Assembly: GCA_902626385.1 (NCBI GenBank)
Contig: CACOEZ010000002.1
Coordinates: 17,509 to 81,508 of the forward strand
Direction of reading: 5' to 3'
Source of the DNA: an uncultured SAR86 cluster bacterium
GTDB taxonomy: Bacteria > Pseudomonadota > Gammaproteobacteria > Magnimaribacterales > D2472
Length of the DNA: 64,000 bases
A program made the translations under genes and the position numbers. Position 1 is the stretch's first letter, and each line of letters starts with the position of its first letter. Under the pieces are notes generated by a model. It was given only the letters and a program-made list of their open reading frames with translations. It made no database searches and was not told the DNA's origin. Below are positions 1 through 13,362 of this stretch, one piece after another.

Positions 1-527
1 ATCGGATAATGTATGCCAATTTTCTCTTGTAAATATCTATTAAAAACTTCTACATGCCTTGCCTCATCAAATGTTTGTGATGCGGCATAAAGTTTTGCAT
101 TATAAGTAGGCGCACATGATGCTAACTGAGAGGCCACTAAAAGAGCCCCTTGCTCGCCGTGAAGAAACTGACTCATAAGCTCAGCAGTCGAATGTCTGTC
201 AAAAAGTATTTTTTCTTCCTCAGATAATTTCTCGTAAGCTTTTAAAGTTTCATGAGGTAGCGGATCGTCTGTTTCAACCAATCTCTCATCTGCAGGATGA
301 GTATAGTCCCACTTTAGATCAATTGAACCATTCCAATTAAGCTCTTTACCTAATTCATAAAGTTTTTTTATTCTGTTATCGGAAACTGTGTAATCCCAGT
401 TATAAGATCCTGTTAAAGGTGTGTTAAATATTTCTACGACATCCTCAACATTATTTTGAGTAAGATTTAAATCTTCATCAAAGTAAATTAAATCCTCAGG
501 AGGACCAGCTTGCTTACGAATTTTCAT
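1..527 (-). CDS. Ferritin-like diiron protein (AurF/diiron oxygenase-like), 3' end outside window
   Basis: Manual translation from ATG at 527 (AGAGG RBS upstream): MKIRKQAGPPEDL...SQFLHGEQGALLVASQL...QTFDEARHVEVFNRYL. The Glu in HGEQ and the DExRH motif are typical diiron ligands. Absent from the ORF track because it runs off the edge. Confidence 0.75.
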   Translation of the reverse strand, partial: MKIRKQAGPPEDLIYFDEDLNLTQNNVEDVVEIFNTPLTGSYNWDYTVSDNRIKKLYELGKELNWNGSIDLKWDYTHPADERLVETDDPLPHETLKAYEKLSEEEKILFDRHSTAELMSQFLHGEQGALLVASQLASCAPTYNAKLYAASQTFDEARHVEVFNRYLQEKIGIHYP

Positions 528-549
528 TATATTTACCTCTACTAATAAA

Positions 550-570
550 AATGTTTACAGTGCAAACATT
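550..570. promoter_or_regulatory. Imperfect palindrome AATGTTTAC-AGT-GCAAACATT, candidate repressor operator
   Basis: 9-bp arms with one mismatch, 22 bp upstream of the diiron gene start. Confidence 0.4.
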
Positions 571-595
571 CAATATGCTTATTTTATATTATTTG

Positions 596-2362
596 TTAAT
601 CCTTGAAAAGTTTAGAAAGCTCATCCAATAACACTTCTCCAAGCTCTTCGGCTCTATTAATTGTAAGTGCATTTTTATAGTATTTTGTTACGTCATGTCC
701 GATTCCAATCGCTTGTAATTCTACAGGACTATCATTTTCAATTAGCGAGATGATTTCCCTTAAATGATTATCTAAAAAATCCTCTCTATTTGCTGACAAA
801 GTACTATCGTCGACAGGTGCTCCATCAGAAATAACAATTAATATTTTTCTCTCCTCTGAACGTTTTAGAAGCCTCTCATGCGACCAAGCTAAAGCTTCGC
901 CATCAACATTTTCCTTTAAAAGCCCTTCACGAAGCATTGCTCCAAAATATTTTCTTGATCTTCTCCAACTGTTATCAGCACTTTTATAGATAATATGTCT
1001 GATATCATTTAGCCTTCCTGGATTAGACCTGTTTCCATTTATAATCCAAAGTTTTTTTGAATCTCCGCCTTTCCAGTGTTTTGTTGTAAAACCTAATATT
1101 TCAGTTTTAACTTGGCATCTTTCGAGTGTGCTCCCGATAATGTCTGCACATATTGCTGCAAGGCTAATCGATCTCCCTCGCATTGATCCTGAATTATCGA
1201 TTAAAAGAGTCACAACAGTATCTTTAAATTTATTCTCAGTTTCTTGTTTGAAACTTAACGGATATCCTGGATTTGCTATTACTCTGTGAAGTCTTGCATT
1301 ATCTAACATTCCTTCCTCAAGATTGTAATTCCAACTGGTATTTTGTTTAGCAAGAAGAAGCCTCTGCAATCTATTAGCTAATTTACCAATTGTTGATAAA
1401 TGCGGTTTTATTAGATTATCTAATTGATTTCTGAGTCTCAGTGATTCATCTGAAGTCACTAAATCTTTTGCATCAATTATTTCATCAAATTTTGTTGAAT
1501 AAATTGAATAATCTTTTTTTAACTTGTTTGAAAAGTCGTTATGAGGATAAGCTAGAGCATCAATCTCTTCTTCAATCGAAGTGTCATCAGTAGATTCAAT
1601 TGCATCTTGCAGATCAAGCTCTATGTCACCTTTAAAATCTTTTAAGTCATTACTTGTGTCTTCAGACTCATTACCATCTGATTCCATTTCTGTATTTTCT
1701 ATATCATCACTACTACCAGGTGAATCCTCAAAATCTTGATCTTCATTATCATCTTCAAGTTCCTTTAGTAGGTTTAATTTTTGTAGAAGCTTGATGACTG
1801 CTTTTTCAAACTTTTCCTGATCATGAATATTCTCAATAATATTATTTCTGAATCCTTCACTAACAGTCTCGATTTCATATTTTTCAATTAGATTATTAAT
1901 TATAGTTTTGGACTTAGCGTTAAATTTAAAACCTACTCCTTCTTTTAACCAAAGGTTAATACCATGCGATAAGTAATTGAGAGATTTAGTGTCTTCTAAT
2001 TCATTACTTCTTTGATTTAAAAAATCTGAAATATTTTTTCTGGATCCAATAAATTCTTGTGACCCAAGAATCTCCACTCTAGATATTTCAAACTCATTAA
2101 AAAGCATTCTTGCTGGAAGCGTGAGAGGGATTTCCTTTCTTTTTTTATGAAATTTATGCCAAAAAGCTTGAAAGTCTGATTCGCCACGCCACTTTGATAG
2201 ATCTTTTGTGGATCTTGGAGCAGATGAAAAAATTATATTATTTCCAGATGGGGGTCTCTGATATATTCCAGTATTGGAATTTAGTTTTTTATTTTTTGAT
2301 ATTGCTTTAACTGTTGATATAGCAGCCTCATGGAGTCTGTCTCTATTTTTTGTCCAAGCCAT
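596..2362 (-). CDS. cobT: Cobaltochelatase subunit CobT-like VWA protein
   Basis: Acidic linker, [11 protein letters not shown]...LEEG.LD motif, C-terminal VWA with [19 protein letters not shown] and ISDGAPVDD; adjacent to cobS. Confidence 0.9.
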   Translation of the reverse strand: MAWTKNRDRLHEAAISTVKAISKNKKLNSNTGIYQRPPSGNNIIFSSAPRSTKDLSKWRGESDFQAFWHKFHKKRKEIPLTLPARMLFNEFEISRVEILGSQEFIGSRKNISDFLNQRSNELEDTKSLNYLSHGINLWLKEGVGFKFNAKSKTIINNLIEKYEIETVSEGFRNNIIENIHDQEKFEKAVIKLLQKLNLLKELEDDNEDQDFEDSPGSSDDIENTEMESDGNESEDTSNDLKDFKGDIELDLQDAIESTDDTSIEEEIDALAYPHNDFSNKLKKDYSIYSTKFDEIIDAKDLVTSDESLRLRNQLDNLIKPHLSTIGKLANRLQRLLLAKQNTSWNYNLEEGMLDNARLHRVIANPGYPLSFKQETENKFKDTVVTLLIDNSGSMRGRSISLAAICADIIGSTLERCQVKTEILGFTTKHWKGGDSKKLWIINGNRSNPGRLNDIRHIIYKSADNSWRRSRKYFGAMLREGLLKENVDGEALAWSHERLLKRSEERKILIVISDGAPVDDSTLSANREDFLDNHLREIISLIENDSPVELQAIGIGHDVTKYYKNALTINRAEELGEVLLDELSKLFKD

Positions 2363-2365
2363 TAA

Positions 2366-3343
2366 TTATGAATCAGAATTATTATCAATTTCTAAATCAA
2401 AACATCTTTGAAAATATTCAGAAATTATGGATCTTTCTACCTCATCACACTTATTTAGAAAAGTTAGTTTAAAAGAAGAGACCACATCTTTAAAAATTTT
2501 GAAATTTTGGCCCCACGAGATAACTGTTCTTGGTGACATGAGAGTTGAAATATCTCCATTTGTGAAACCTGTTCTTGTCAGATTGGCAAGCTTGATCATA
2601 TTTTTAACAATTTCTTGATTTTTTAAACCTTTTAGACTGCTAAGCTTTGACATTACAACTTTAAACTCCTGCTCAGGATCTAAATAGTTTAAGGTGGCTA
2701 ATATATGCCATCTATCCATTTGTCCTTGATTTATTTGTTGTGTTCCGTGATAAAGTCCAGTCATATCACCAAGTCCAACCGTATTTGTTGTCGCAAATAG
2801 CCTAAAAGAAGAGTTTGGTTCTAAAATTTTATTTTGATCAAGCAGTGTCAATTTGCCATCAACTTCCAAGATTCTTTGAATAACAAACATAACATCTGGC
2901 CTACCTGCATCGTATTCATCAAAAACAAGAGCCACTGGATTTTGAATTGACCAAGGTAACAAGCCTTCTTGAAATTCTGTAATTTGTTTACCATCATTTA
3001 ATTTAATTGCATCTTTTCCAAGTAAATCGATTCGGCTAATATGACTATCGAGGTTAATTCTTACGCAAGGCCAATTTAATCTGGCTGCAATCTGTTCAAT
3101 ATGTGTAGATTTTCCGGTGCCGTGAAATCCCTGAATCATAACTCTTCTGTTATGTTCAAACCCAGCAAGGATTGAAAGGGTTGTATCTTTGTCAAAGACA
3201 TAACTGTTATCAATTTCAGGAACCCAATCTGTTTTATCTTTATAACCTTTTACAGTGAGGTCTGAATCAATGTTAAATATCTTTGCAACATCAATTTTTG
3301 CATCAGGTTTGTTTGGTAAATCAATTTTTTTATTTATAGTCAT
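2366..3343 (-). CDS. cobS: Cobaltochelatase subunit CobS-like AAA+ ATPase
   Basis: Walker A GFHGTGKST, FDEYDAGRPDVMFVIQRILE, GLYHGTQQINQGQMDRW. Confidence 0.92.
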   Translation of the reverse strand: MTINKKIDLPNKPDAKIDVAKIFNIDSDLTVKGYKDKTDWVPEIDNSYVFDKDTTLSILAGFEHNRRVMIQGFHGTGKSTHIEQIAARLNWPCVRINLDSHISRIDLLGKDAIKLNDGKQITEFQEGLLPWSIQNPVALVFDEYDAGRPDVMFVIQRILEVDGKLTLLDQNKILEPNSSFRLFATTNTVGLGDMTGLYHGTQQINQGQMDRWHILATLNYLDPEQEFKVVMSKLSSLKGLKNQEIVKNMIKLANLTRTGFTNGDISTLMSPRTVISWGQNFKIFKDVVSSFKLTFLNKCDEVERSIISEYFQRCFDLEIDNNSDS

Positions 3344-3420
3344 AGCTAAATCATAAGTTTTGGACGCATATCCTACCTTTTGGGAGTTTAAAGTTCTAGT
3401 TTTTTTGTAAACAATGTAAG

Positions 3421-4206
3421 ATGTTATCTTTATCTAATTATATATTTATTATGGCAGAAAGACTAAAAGATAAAGTAGCCTTGATAACAGGCGCTGCTCA
3501 AGGATTGGGGAAAGAGATGGCAAAATCAATGATTGCCGAAGGCGCTAATGTTTTTATTAGTGACATTAACAGTTCTCAACTTGAAGCAACTGCAAAAGAG
3601 TTATCATGCTCTTCAATACTGCTTGATGTAACAAATTCTGAGAACTGGGAAAAAGCTATTGATCAAATCAAAAACGATGCTGGAAAATTAAATATTTTGG
3701 TTAACAATGCTGGAATCGGGAACGGAGGGGATATCGAAGCAACTGATTTAGATACATGGAAATTAGTACACAATGTAAATCTTGATTCTGTATTTCTTGG
3801 ATGTAAGTATTCTCTACCGCTTATGAGAGACTCAGGGAATGGATCGATAATTAATATCTCATCAATGTCGGGAATCGTAGCTTCACATAATACATCTGCA
3901 TATAATTCATCTAAGGCTGCCGTTAGACATTTATCCAAATCTATAGCTTTACACTGCGCAAAATCAACAAATTTAGTAAGATGCAACTCAATCCATCCAG
4001 TTTTTACTAGGACAGCTATGGTCCAAAGTATGATTGATGCAGCACCTGAGAGAAATATTGAAGAAAAATTAATTCAACAAATACCAATTAGGAAATTGGC
4101 TGAGCCAATAGATATTGCAAATGCAGCAGTTTTCCTAGCATCTGACGAGTCTTCTTTTATAACAGGAACAGAACTGCTAATTGATGGTGGCTTAAGCGCA
4201 ACATAG
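3421..4206 (+). CDS. Short-chain dehydrogenase/reductase (3-beta-HSD/cyclopentanol dehydrogenase-like); probable start 3451
   Basis: TGAAQGLG, NNAG and YNSSK catalytic motifs. Confidence 0.85.
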   Translation: MLSLSNYIFIMAERLKDKVALITGAAQGLGKEMAKSMIAEGANVFISDINSSQLEATAKELSCSSILLDVTNSENWEKAIDQIKNDAGKLNILVNNAGIGNGGDIEATDLDTWKLVHNVNLDSVFLGCKYSLPLMRDSGNGSIINISSMSGIVASHNTSAYNSSKAAVRHLSKSIALHCAKSTNLVRCNSIHPVFTRTAMVQSMIDAAPERNIEEKLIQQIPIRKLAEPIDIANAAVFLASDESSFITGTELLIDGGLSAT

Positions 4207-4211
4207 AATCT

Positions 4212-5083
4212 ATGAAGAAAAAAACTATCCTAAATAAATCTCTTGAGTTGTTTGAGCTAGAAAAAGTTGATAGGGATATTTTCAGCTGGAATGGGACTAA
4301 TGTTGGCTACAAGAGAATATTTGGTGGCCAGGTTATGGCACAGACTTTAATAGCAGCATATAAAACTGTAGATGCAGAACATTTTGCACATTCTTTTCAT
4401 TCTTATTTCCTCAGACCAGGAAATATGGACAAATCTATTACATTTACTGTGGATAGAATTAGAGATGGTAAGAGTTTTACAACCAGGAGTGTAAAAGCAA
4501 TTCAAGACGGAGAAGCAATTTTCAATTGTTCAGTATCATTTCAAAAAAGAGAAAAAGGTCTTGAGCATCAAATTGAAATGCCCGATGTGCCAGAACCCGA
4601 AACTTTAAAAAGCGAACAAGAGATTAGAGAAGAAATTTTAAAAGAATTAAAAATGAAAAAAGAAGACATGCCAATGTTCATCAGGCAAAGAGAAATTGAA
4701 ATGCGACCAGTGGAGCAACAAAATTATTTCAAACCTGAAAGAATGCCACCATATAAAAATACTTGGATCAAAACAGATGGGAGTTTGCCCGATGATCAAA
4801 TTATTCAACAAGCATTTTTACTTTATATCTCTGATATGGGTTTATTAGGCGCTGCTAATAATTCAGTTGGCGTTAACTTTCTTACAAAAAACTTACAAAA
4901 TGCAAGTCTTGATCATGCAATGTGGTTTCATAGAAAATTAGATCTAGACGGATGGTTTTTGTATACCATTGACAGTCCTGTTACTAGAAATGCACGGGGT
5001 TTCTCAAGAGGTTCAATTTTTTCAAGAGATGGTCAATTAATTGCATCGTGTACTCAAGAGGGATTAATAAGACTTTGGGAGGA

Positions 5084-5087
<4 letters not shown>
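4212..5087 (+). CDS. tesB: Acyl-CoA thioesterase II
   Basis: FGGQVMAQ, HSFHSYFLRPG, DGKSFTTR, ASLDHAMWFH, QEGLIR. Confidence 0.92.
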
Positions 5088-7776
<2,689 letters not shown>

Positions 7777-7791
7777 TTATTGTAAAGTGCG

Positions 7792-7810
7792 AGTATGACA
7801 TAGTATGACA
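7792..7810. repeat. Tandem direct repeat AGTATGACA-T-AGTATGACA (10-bp period) in the divergent gltD/gltB intergenic region
   Basis: Read directly: copies at 7792-7800 and 7802-7810. Confidence 0.85.
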
Positions 7811-7869
7811 CTTTTTATGAAAAAAATAAAATTTTTTGTGTTAACATCAGTTTTCTATTTTTAACAAAA

Positions 7870-10800
7870 ATGCCAAAACTTTATAAAAAAGACTATTTTA
7901 GAGATAACTGTGGCTTCGGTTTGATTGCTAATGTTCATGGAAAACCATCCAGAAAAATAGTGCTTGATTCCATAGAGGCTCTTAAAAGTATGACCCACAG
8001 AGGTGGTATTGGATCTGATGGAAAAACTGGCGATGGTTGCGGATTACTTCTAAATCTTAATAAAAAATTCTTTATCAAAACCTTAGAAAACGAACAAAAT
8101 ATCAAGCTTTCAGAAAAGTTTGCTGTTGGACAATTATTTTATTACCAAGACATTCAAGTGATTGAAGAAAAAATCAAATATATTCTTTTAAAAGAAGGTC
8201 TTAAGTTGTGTGCAAAAAGAGAGGTACCCATCAATGCGTCTATTTTAGGGAATATAGCGCTGGATTGCATGCCTAATGTTTATCAACTTTTCATTGAGCC
8301 AAAAGAGGAAATGCTCGACGCTGAATTTGAAACTGCATTACTTCAGTCAAGAAAATTTATTGAGGAGATTTATCTGGATGATGAAAAGCTTTATTTTTGC
8401 AGTTTTTCCAATAAGACCATTATTTATAAAGGCCTAATGCTCCCAAAAGACATAGAGAATTTTTATATCGATTTTCAGTCTAAGCACTTCAAGTCTTCTG
8501 TATGTGTCTTTCATCAAAGATTTTCAACCAATACAAGCCCAAGATGGCATCTTGCTCAACCTTTCAGACTTTTAGCACATAACGGAGAAATCAACGCAAT
8601 AAGAGGAAATAGAAACTGGTCTAAGGCTAGAACCAGTATTTTTAAAACACCTCATATACCAAAGATCCAGAAATTTAAACAAATTGTTAATGAATCTGGT
8701 TCTGATTCATCAGCCTTGGATAACATGATTGAGATTTTGGTTTCAGGCGGTATAAATATATTTAAATCGATTAGAATGGTTTTACCGCCAGCATGGCAGA
8801 ATGCTCAGCTCTTAGATCCCGATGTGCGCAGTTTTCATGAATATAATTCTATGCACATGGAGCCATGGGATGGGCCAGCAGGAATTGTTATGTCAGATGG
8901 AAAATGGGCTATTTGTGTCCTCGATAGAAATGGTCTAAGACCTGCAAGATACCAAATCGATTATAGTGACAATATTACTATTGCTTCAGAAACTGGAGTA
9001 AATCCAGTTGAAGAAAATAATATTGTTAAAAAAGGAAGAGTTTCACCAGGGGGCATGCTTGCCATTAACATAGAAACATCCGAGATATTATCTGAAAAAG
9101 AAATTGATGATAAGCTCAAATTTGCAGCGCCATACAGAAAATGGCTTAAGGAAAACGCCATTTATGTAGAATCAAGCCTTGATAAGTATGAAGGACCTGG
9201 ACTTAGAAAAATAAATTCAGAGGAGTTTAGTATCTCCTCTAAGCTTTTTTTGCTTTATAAAGAGGAAAGAACTTCGGTAATCAAACCTTTGGCAGTTGAT
9301 TCTCAGGAAGGAACTGGTTCTATGGGCGATGATACAGCTCTTGCTGTAATGAGTAAGATGCACAGACAAATTTATGATTATTTTAGGCAACAATTTGCTC
9401 AAGTTACCAATCCCCCAATTGACTCGTTGAGAGAGGCAAGTGTTATGTCATTAGAGACATGTTACGGTCCTGAATTAAATGTTTTTGAAGAATCTTCTGA
9501 GCACGCCAAAAGATTAGTTACATCATCACCGGTATTATCATATAAAAAACTTCAATCTATTTTAGGTAATCCGTATTTCAAATCTGAAACTATCGAACTT
9601 TCATACAAAAATGATCAAAGTCTGAAAAAAGCTCTTGAGCTTCTTCAAAAAAGGGCGGTAAGAAGCATTAAGAAAGGAAATACAATTATTCATTTAGAGG
9701 AATTATTGCCTAACAAAAAACATCTTCCAATTAATGCTCTTCTTGCCACTGGTTGCGTGCATCAAAAACTTGTTGAGTTAGGTTTGAGATCCAAGGCTAA
9801 CATTATTGTTACCTCATCTTCTGCAAGGGATACTCATCAAATAGCATGTCTTATTGGTTTTGGAGCAACTGCAGTTTATCCAATGCTTGCATATCAAACA
9901 ATTCTTGATTTAACTGACAGAAATGAATTAAAAGGTTCGCCTCACGAAAATTGTGCTAGATATAGAAAAGGCATAAACAAAGGACTGCTTAAAATAATCT
10001 CAAAGATGGGGATCTCTACCATTTCAAGTTATAGAGGCTCTCAACTCTTCGAGATAGTCGGCTTAAATCATGAGGTTGTAGATTTATGTTTTACTAATAC
10101 TGAAAGCAGGATTGGTGGAAAAGGTTTAAATAATCTTGATAAAGAAAATAAAGCACTAAATGATTACGCACGATCCAATCTGTCTGAGATGAATGTTGGA
10201 GGGCTTTTAAAATATGTTCATGGCGGCGAGTACCACACTTATAACCCAGAGATAGTAAAGAAACTTCAGGAAGCTGTATCAACAGGCTCCAAAGAAATAT
10301 ATAGAGAGTATGCAAATCTTGTAGATAAAAGACCTCCTGCTATGTTAAGAGATCTATTAGAAATTAAAATAAATTCAAATAAATCTAATTCAAAGGTTGA
10401 GCCTATTCAAAAAATTATTAAAAGGTTTGACTCTGCAGGAATGAGTTTAGGATCTCTTTCTCCAAAAGCACATGAGACTCTAGCAGAAGCCATGAATACT
10501 CTTGGGGCTCGATCAAATTCAGGTGAGGGAGGTGAGGGTAAGCATAGGTATGGGACATTAAAAATGTCAAAAATAAAACAAATTGCTTCCGGTAGATTCG
10601 GTGTAACACCTCATTATCTAGTTAATGCAGAAGTATTACAGATTAAAATAGCTCAGGGAGCAAAACCTGGAGAGGGTGGGCAATTACCTGGTGGGAAAGT
10701 TAACAAATTAATCGCTGAATTAAGGTACTCAACACCTGGTATTACTCTAATATCACCACCTCCTCATCATGATATTTATTCAATAGAGGACCTGGCTCAG

Positions 10801-12294
10801 CTAATCTATGATCTTAAGCAAGTAAATCCAAATGCTTTAGTCTCGGTAAAGCTAGTTTCGGAACCGGGAGTTGGAACAATTGCTGCAGGCGTAGCCAAGG
10901 CTTATGCAGATTTAATTACAATTTCTGGTCATGATGGCGGTACTGGAGCAAGTCCATTAACTTCAATAAGATATGCTGGCTCTCCTTGGGAGCTAGGCTT
11001 GGCAGAATCTCACCAAAGTTTAAGAGATGCTGGTCTTAGACATAAAGTTAGGCTGCAGACTGATGGAGGAATGAAAACAGGCCTTGATGTCATAAAAGCA
11101 GCAATTCTTGGTGCAGAATCTTTTGGTTTTGGGACTGGCCCAATGATTTCTATGGGTTGTAAATATCTAAGAATTTGTCATTTAAATAATTGTGCAACAG
11201 GAGTAGCAACGCAAAGAGATGACTTAATTAATCAACATTTCATTGGTGAAAAAGAAAAAGTTATGAACTATTTTGAATTTATAGCAAATGATGTAAGAGA
11301 GCACTTAAAAAATATTGGCGTTACAAAGCTTGAAGACATTATTGGACAAACTCAATATCTGAAACAAATTAGTGAAATTGAAGATCAATATAAAGCAATA
11401 GATTTATCAGGATTACTCGAAAAAGACCACGAAAATAGTGAGCCATACTTTTGTACTGTCAAAAAAAATGAACCATGGGATGAGGGTAAATTGGCAAAAA
11501 AAATATTAAAACAGGCAATGAGATTTATAAATGAAGAAAAAAAAGGAACCTTAAACTTTCAAATTTCAAATATGGATAGATCAATTGGAGCAAGTGTTTC
11601 AGGTTTTATTGCAACTAAGTATGGTGAAGAAGGTCTTCCAAAAAAATTATCTCTAAAATTTAAAGGTTCAGCTGGACAAAGTTTTGGATGTTGGAATGCA
11701 AATAATTTAAATCTAATCTTAAATGGTGATGCTAATGACTATGTAGGTAAAGGAATGAATGGGGGTAATATTGTTATCAAAAATGACTCATCTTATGCGG
11801 CATCAAATAAAACAGTTTTAGCAGGTAACACTTGTCTATATGGAGCTACTGGCGGCGAATTATTTATATCAGGATCTGTAGGAGAGAGGTTCGCAGTAAG
11901 AAATTCAGGTGCAAATGCTGTTGTTGAAGGATCTGGTGATCATTGTTGTGAATACATGACAGGTGGCCATGTTACAGTCTTGGGATCAGTAGGATTAAAT
12001 TTTGGTGCCGGAATGACTGGAGGTTTTGCTTATGTTCTTGATGAAGATAGAACATTTTTCGATAAATGTAATAGGGGTCTGGTTAATTTAGAAAGAATAT
12101 CTACTGAGGAAATGCAACCACATAGAAAATATTTAAAGGAAATTTTAGGTAAACACTATAAATTCACAAAAAGTATTAAAGCAAAAATGATTCTAGATGA
12201 CTTTGAAAGATATGAGCCATATTTTTGGTTGGTAATTCCTGCTGCATCAAATATTCATGACTTATTAAAAGCAACAACAGCAAATGCTGCTTAA
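7870..12294 (+). CDS. gltB: Glutamate synthase large subunit
   Basis: DNCGFG N-terminal Cys, HQRFSTNT, HNGEIN, QGAKPGEGGQLPG, CHLNNCATGVATQ. Confidence 0.97.
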   Translation: MPKLYKKDYFRDNCGFGLIANVHGKPSRKIVLDSIEALKSMTHRGGIGSDGKTGDGCGLLLNLNKKFFIKTLENEQNIKLSEKFAVGQLFYYQDIQVIEEKIKYILLKEGLKLCAKREVPINASILGNIALDCMPNVYQLFIEPKEEMLDAEFETALLQSRKFIEEIYLDDEKLYFCSFSNKTIIYKGLMLPKDIENFYIDFQSKHFKSSVCVFHQRFSTNTSPRWHLAQPFRLLAHNGEINAIRGNRNWSKARTSIFKTPHIPKIQKFKQIVNESGSDSSALDNMIEILVSGGINIFKSIRMVLPPAWQNAQLLDPDVRSFHEYNSMHMEPWDGPAGIVMSDGKWAICVLDRNGLRPARYQIDYSDNITIASETGVNPVEENNIVKKGRVSPGGMLAINIETSEILSEKEIDDKLKFAAPYRKWLKENAIYVESSLDKYEGPGLRKINSEEFSISSKLFLLYKEERTSVIKPLAVDSQEGTGSMGDDTALAVMSKMHRQIYDYFRQQFAQVTNPPIDSLREASVMSLETCYGPELNVFEESSEHAKRLVTSSPVLSYKKLQSILGNPYFKSETIELSYKNDQSLKKALELLQKRAVRSIKKGNTIIHLEELLPNKKHLPINALLATGCVHQKLVELGLRSKANIIVTSSSARDTHQIACLIGFGATAVYPMLAYQTILDLTDRNELKGSPHENCARYRKGINKGLLKIISKMGISTISSYRGSQLFEIVGLNHEVVDLCFTNTESRIGGKGLNNLDKENKALNDYARSNLSEMNVGGLLKYVHGGEYHTYNPEIVKKLQEAVSTGSKEIYREYANLVDKRPPAMLRDLLEIKINSNKSNSKVEPIQKIIKRFDSAGMSLGSLSPKAHETLAEAMNTLGARSNSGEGGEGKHRYGTLKMSKIKQIASGRFGVTPHYLVNAEVLQIKIAQGAKPGEGGQLPGGKVNKLIAELRYSTPGITLISPPPHHDIYSIEDLAQLIYDLKQVNPNALVSVKLVSEPGVGTIAAGVAKAYADLITISGHDGGTGASPLTSIRYAGSPWELGLAESHQSLRDAGLRHKVRLQTDGGMKTGLDVIKAAILGAESFGFGTGPMISMGCKYLRICHLNNCATGVATQRDDLINQHFIGEKEKVMNYFEFIANDVREHLKNIGVTKLEDIIGQTQYLKQISEIEDQYKAIDLSGLLEKDHENSEPYFCTVKKNEPWDEGKLAKKILKQAMRFINEEKKGTLNFQISNMDRSIGASVSGFIATKYGEEGLPKKLSLKFKGSAGQSFGCWNANNLNLILNGDANDYVGKGMNGGNIVIKNDSSYAASNKTVLAGNTCLYGATGGELFISGSVGERFAVRNSGANAVVEGSGDHCCEYMTGGHVTVLGSVGLNFGAGMTGGFAYVLDEDRTFFDKCNRGLVNLERISTEEMQPHRKYLKEILGKHYKFTKSIKAKMILDDFERYEPYFWLVIPAASNIHDLLKATTANAA

Positions 12295-13358
12295 TTTTTA
12301 AAAGCTTTTTTTATATTGTTCTGATTGAACATGTTTGTTTTAAATGCTTTGAATTTTTCATTTATTAATATTAAATTTAGCTTGCCATCTGCTACTTTCT
12401 TGTCATTCATAATAAATTTCTTTAAATCTGAATATCTGTATTCTGAATGATCAGTATCAAGACCAATTGAATCAATCAGCTCAAGAGAATTTTTAAGCTG
12501 ATGTTCTTTTAGAAAACCCTCAAAAAATGATATCTTCGCAGCAATTACCATTCCTAGAGTTATTGCAGCACCATGACTCATTTTTTTATAATTTGTATAA
12601 GCTTCGATGGCATGGCCAAAAGTATGTCCAAAATTAAGTATTGCTCTCAATCCACTTTCTTTCTCATCCTTGGTAACGATTTTTGATTTTGTTAGGATGG
12701 ATTCTTTAATAATTTCTAATAAGATTTTTTTATCACGATCAACTATAAGTCGATGCTTTTCTTTAATCAGATTTCTTAATTTCTTATTCTCAATTAGAGC
12801 ATATTTTACAACTTCACCCAATCCAGATTTGTATTCTTTATCACTTAGAGTTTCCAGGTAAGCTGAGGAGATTAAAACCAGTTTTGGATTATAAAAAGCT
12901 CCAACTAAATTTTTGCCCTGTGGAATATTAATAGCTGTTTTTCCTCCTACAGATGAATCGACTTGAGATAAGAGCGTAGTCGGAACTTGAATGTAATCAA
13001 TTCCCCGTAAATATGTTGACGCACAAAATCCAGCAATATCACCAACAACTCCACCGCCAAGCGCTATTACCAAGTCAGTTCTTGAAAACTTAAAATCTGC
13101 TAATACCTTGATTATCTCCTGAAAATTTTTGAAAGATTTTGCATTTTCACCTTTTCTAATTACATGGATCAAAACTTTTTTATTGTTCAAACTATCTTTT
13201 AAATTATTAATATATTTTTTGGGAACACCTGTATCAGTAATAATTAAAACTTTTGCATTTTTTTTGATATTTTTGTTAAGCTCTTTTTTAGGAATTGAGC
13301 CACTCGTAATACATATTTTGTATTTTGATAATCCTTTCCCTGCAAATATTTCAATCAT
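12291..13358 (-). CDS. aroB: 3-dehydroquinate synthase
   Basis: GGGVVGD, PTTLLSQVDSSVGGKT, LNFGHTFGHAIE. Confidence 0.95.
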   Translation of the reverse strand: MIEIFAGKGLSKYKICITSGSIPKKELNKNIKKNAKVLIITDTGVPKKYINNLKDSLNNKKVLIHVIRKGENAKSFKNFQEIIKVLADFKFSRTDLVIALGGGVVGDIAGFCASTYLRGIDYIQVPTTLLSQVDSSVGGKTAINIPQGKNLVGAFYNPKLVLISSAYLETLSDKEYKSGLGEVVKYALIENKKLRNLIKEKHRLIVDRDKKILLEIIKESILTKSKIVTKDEKESGLRAILNFGHTFGHAIEAYTNYKKMSHGAAITLGMVIAAKISFFEGFLKEHQLKNSLELIDSIGLDTDHSEYRYSDLKKFIMNDKKVADGKLNLILINEKFKAFKTNMFNQNNIKKAFKN

Positions 13359-13362
13359 AGCA

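Noticed and set aside
1540-1770. Low-complexity Asp/Glu-rich stretch in cobT
   Set aside because: Normal acidic linker of CobT/ChlD-type proteins, not a repeat element.
7777-12300. Phase-variable invertible gltB segment
   Set aside because: No inverted repeats seen at the two junctions, no recombinase nearby, and the gltB stop overlaps the aroB stop.
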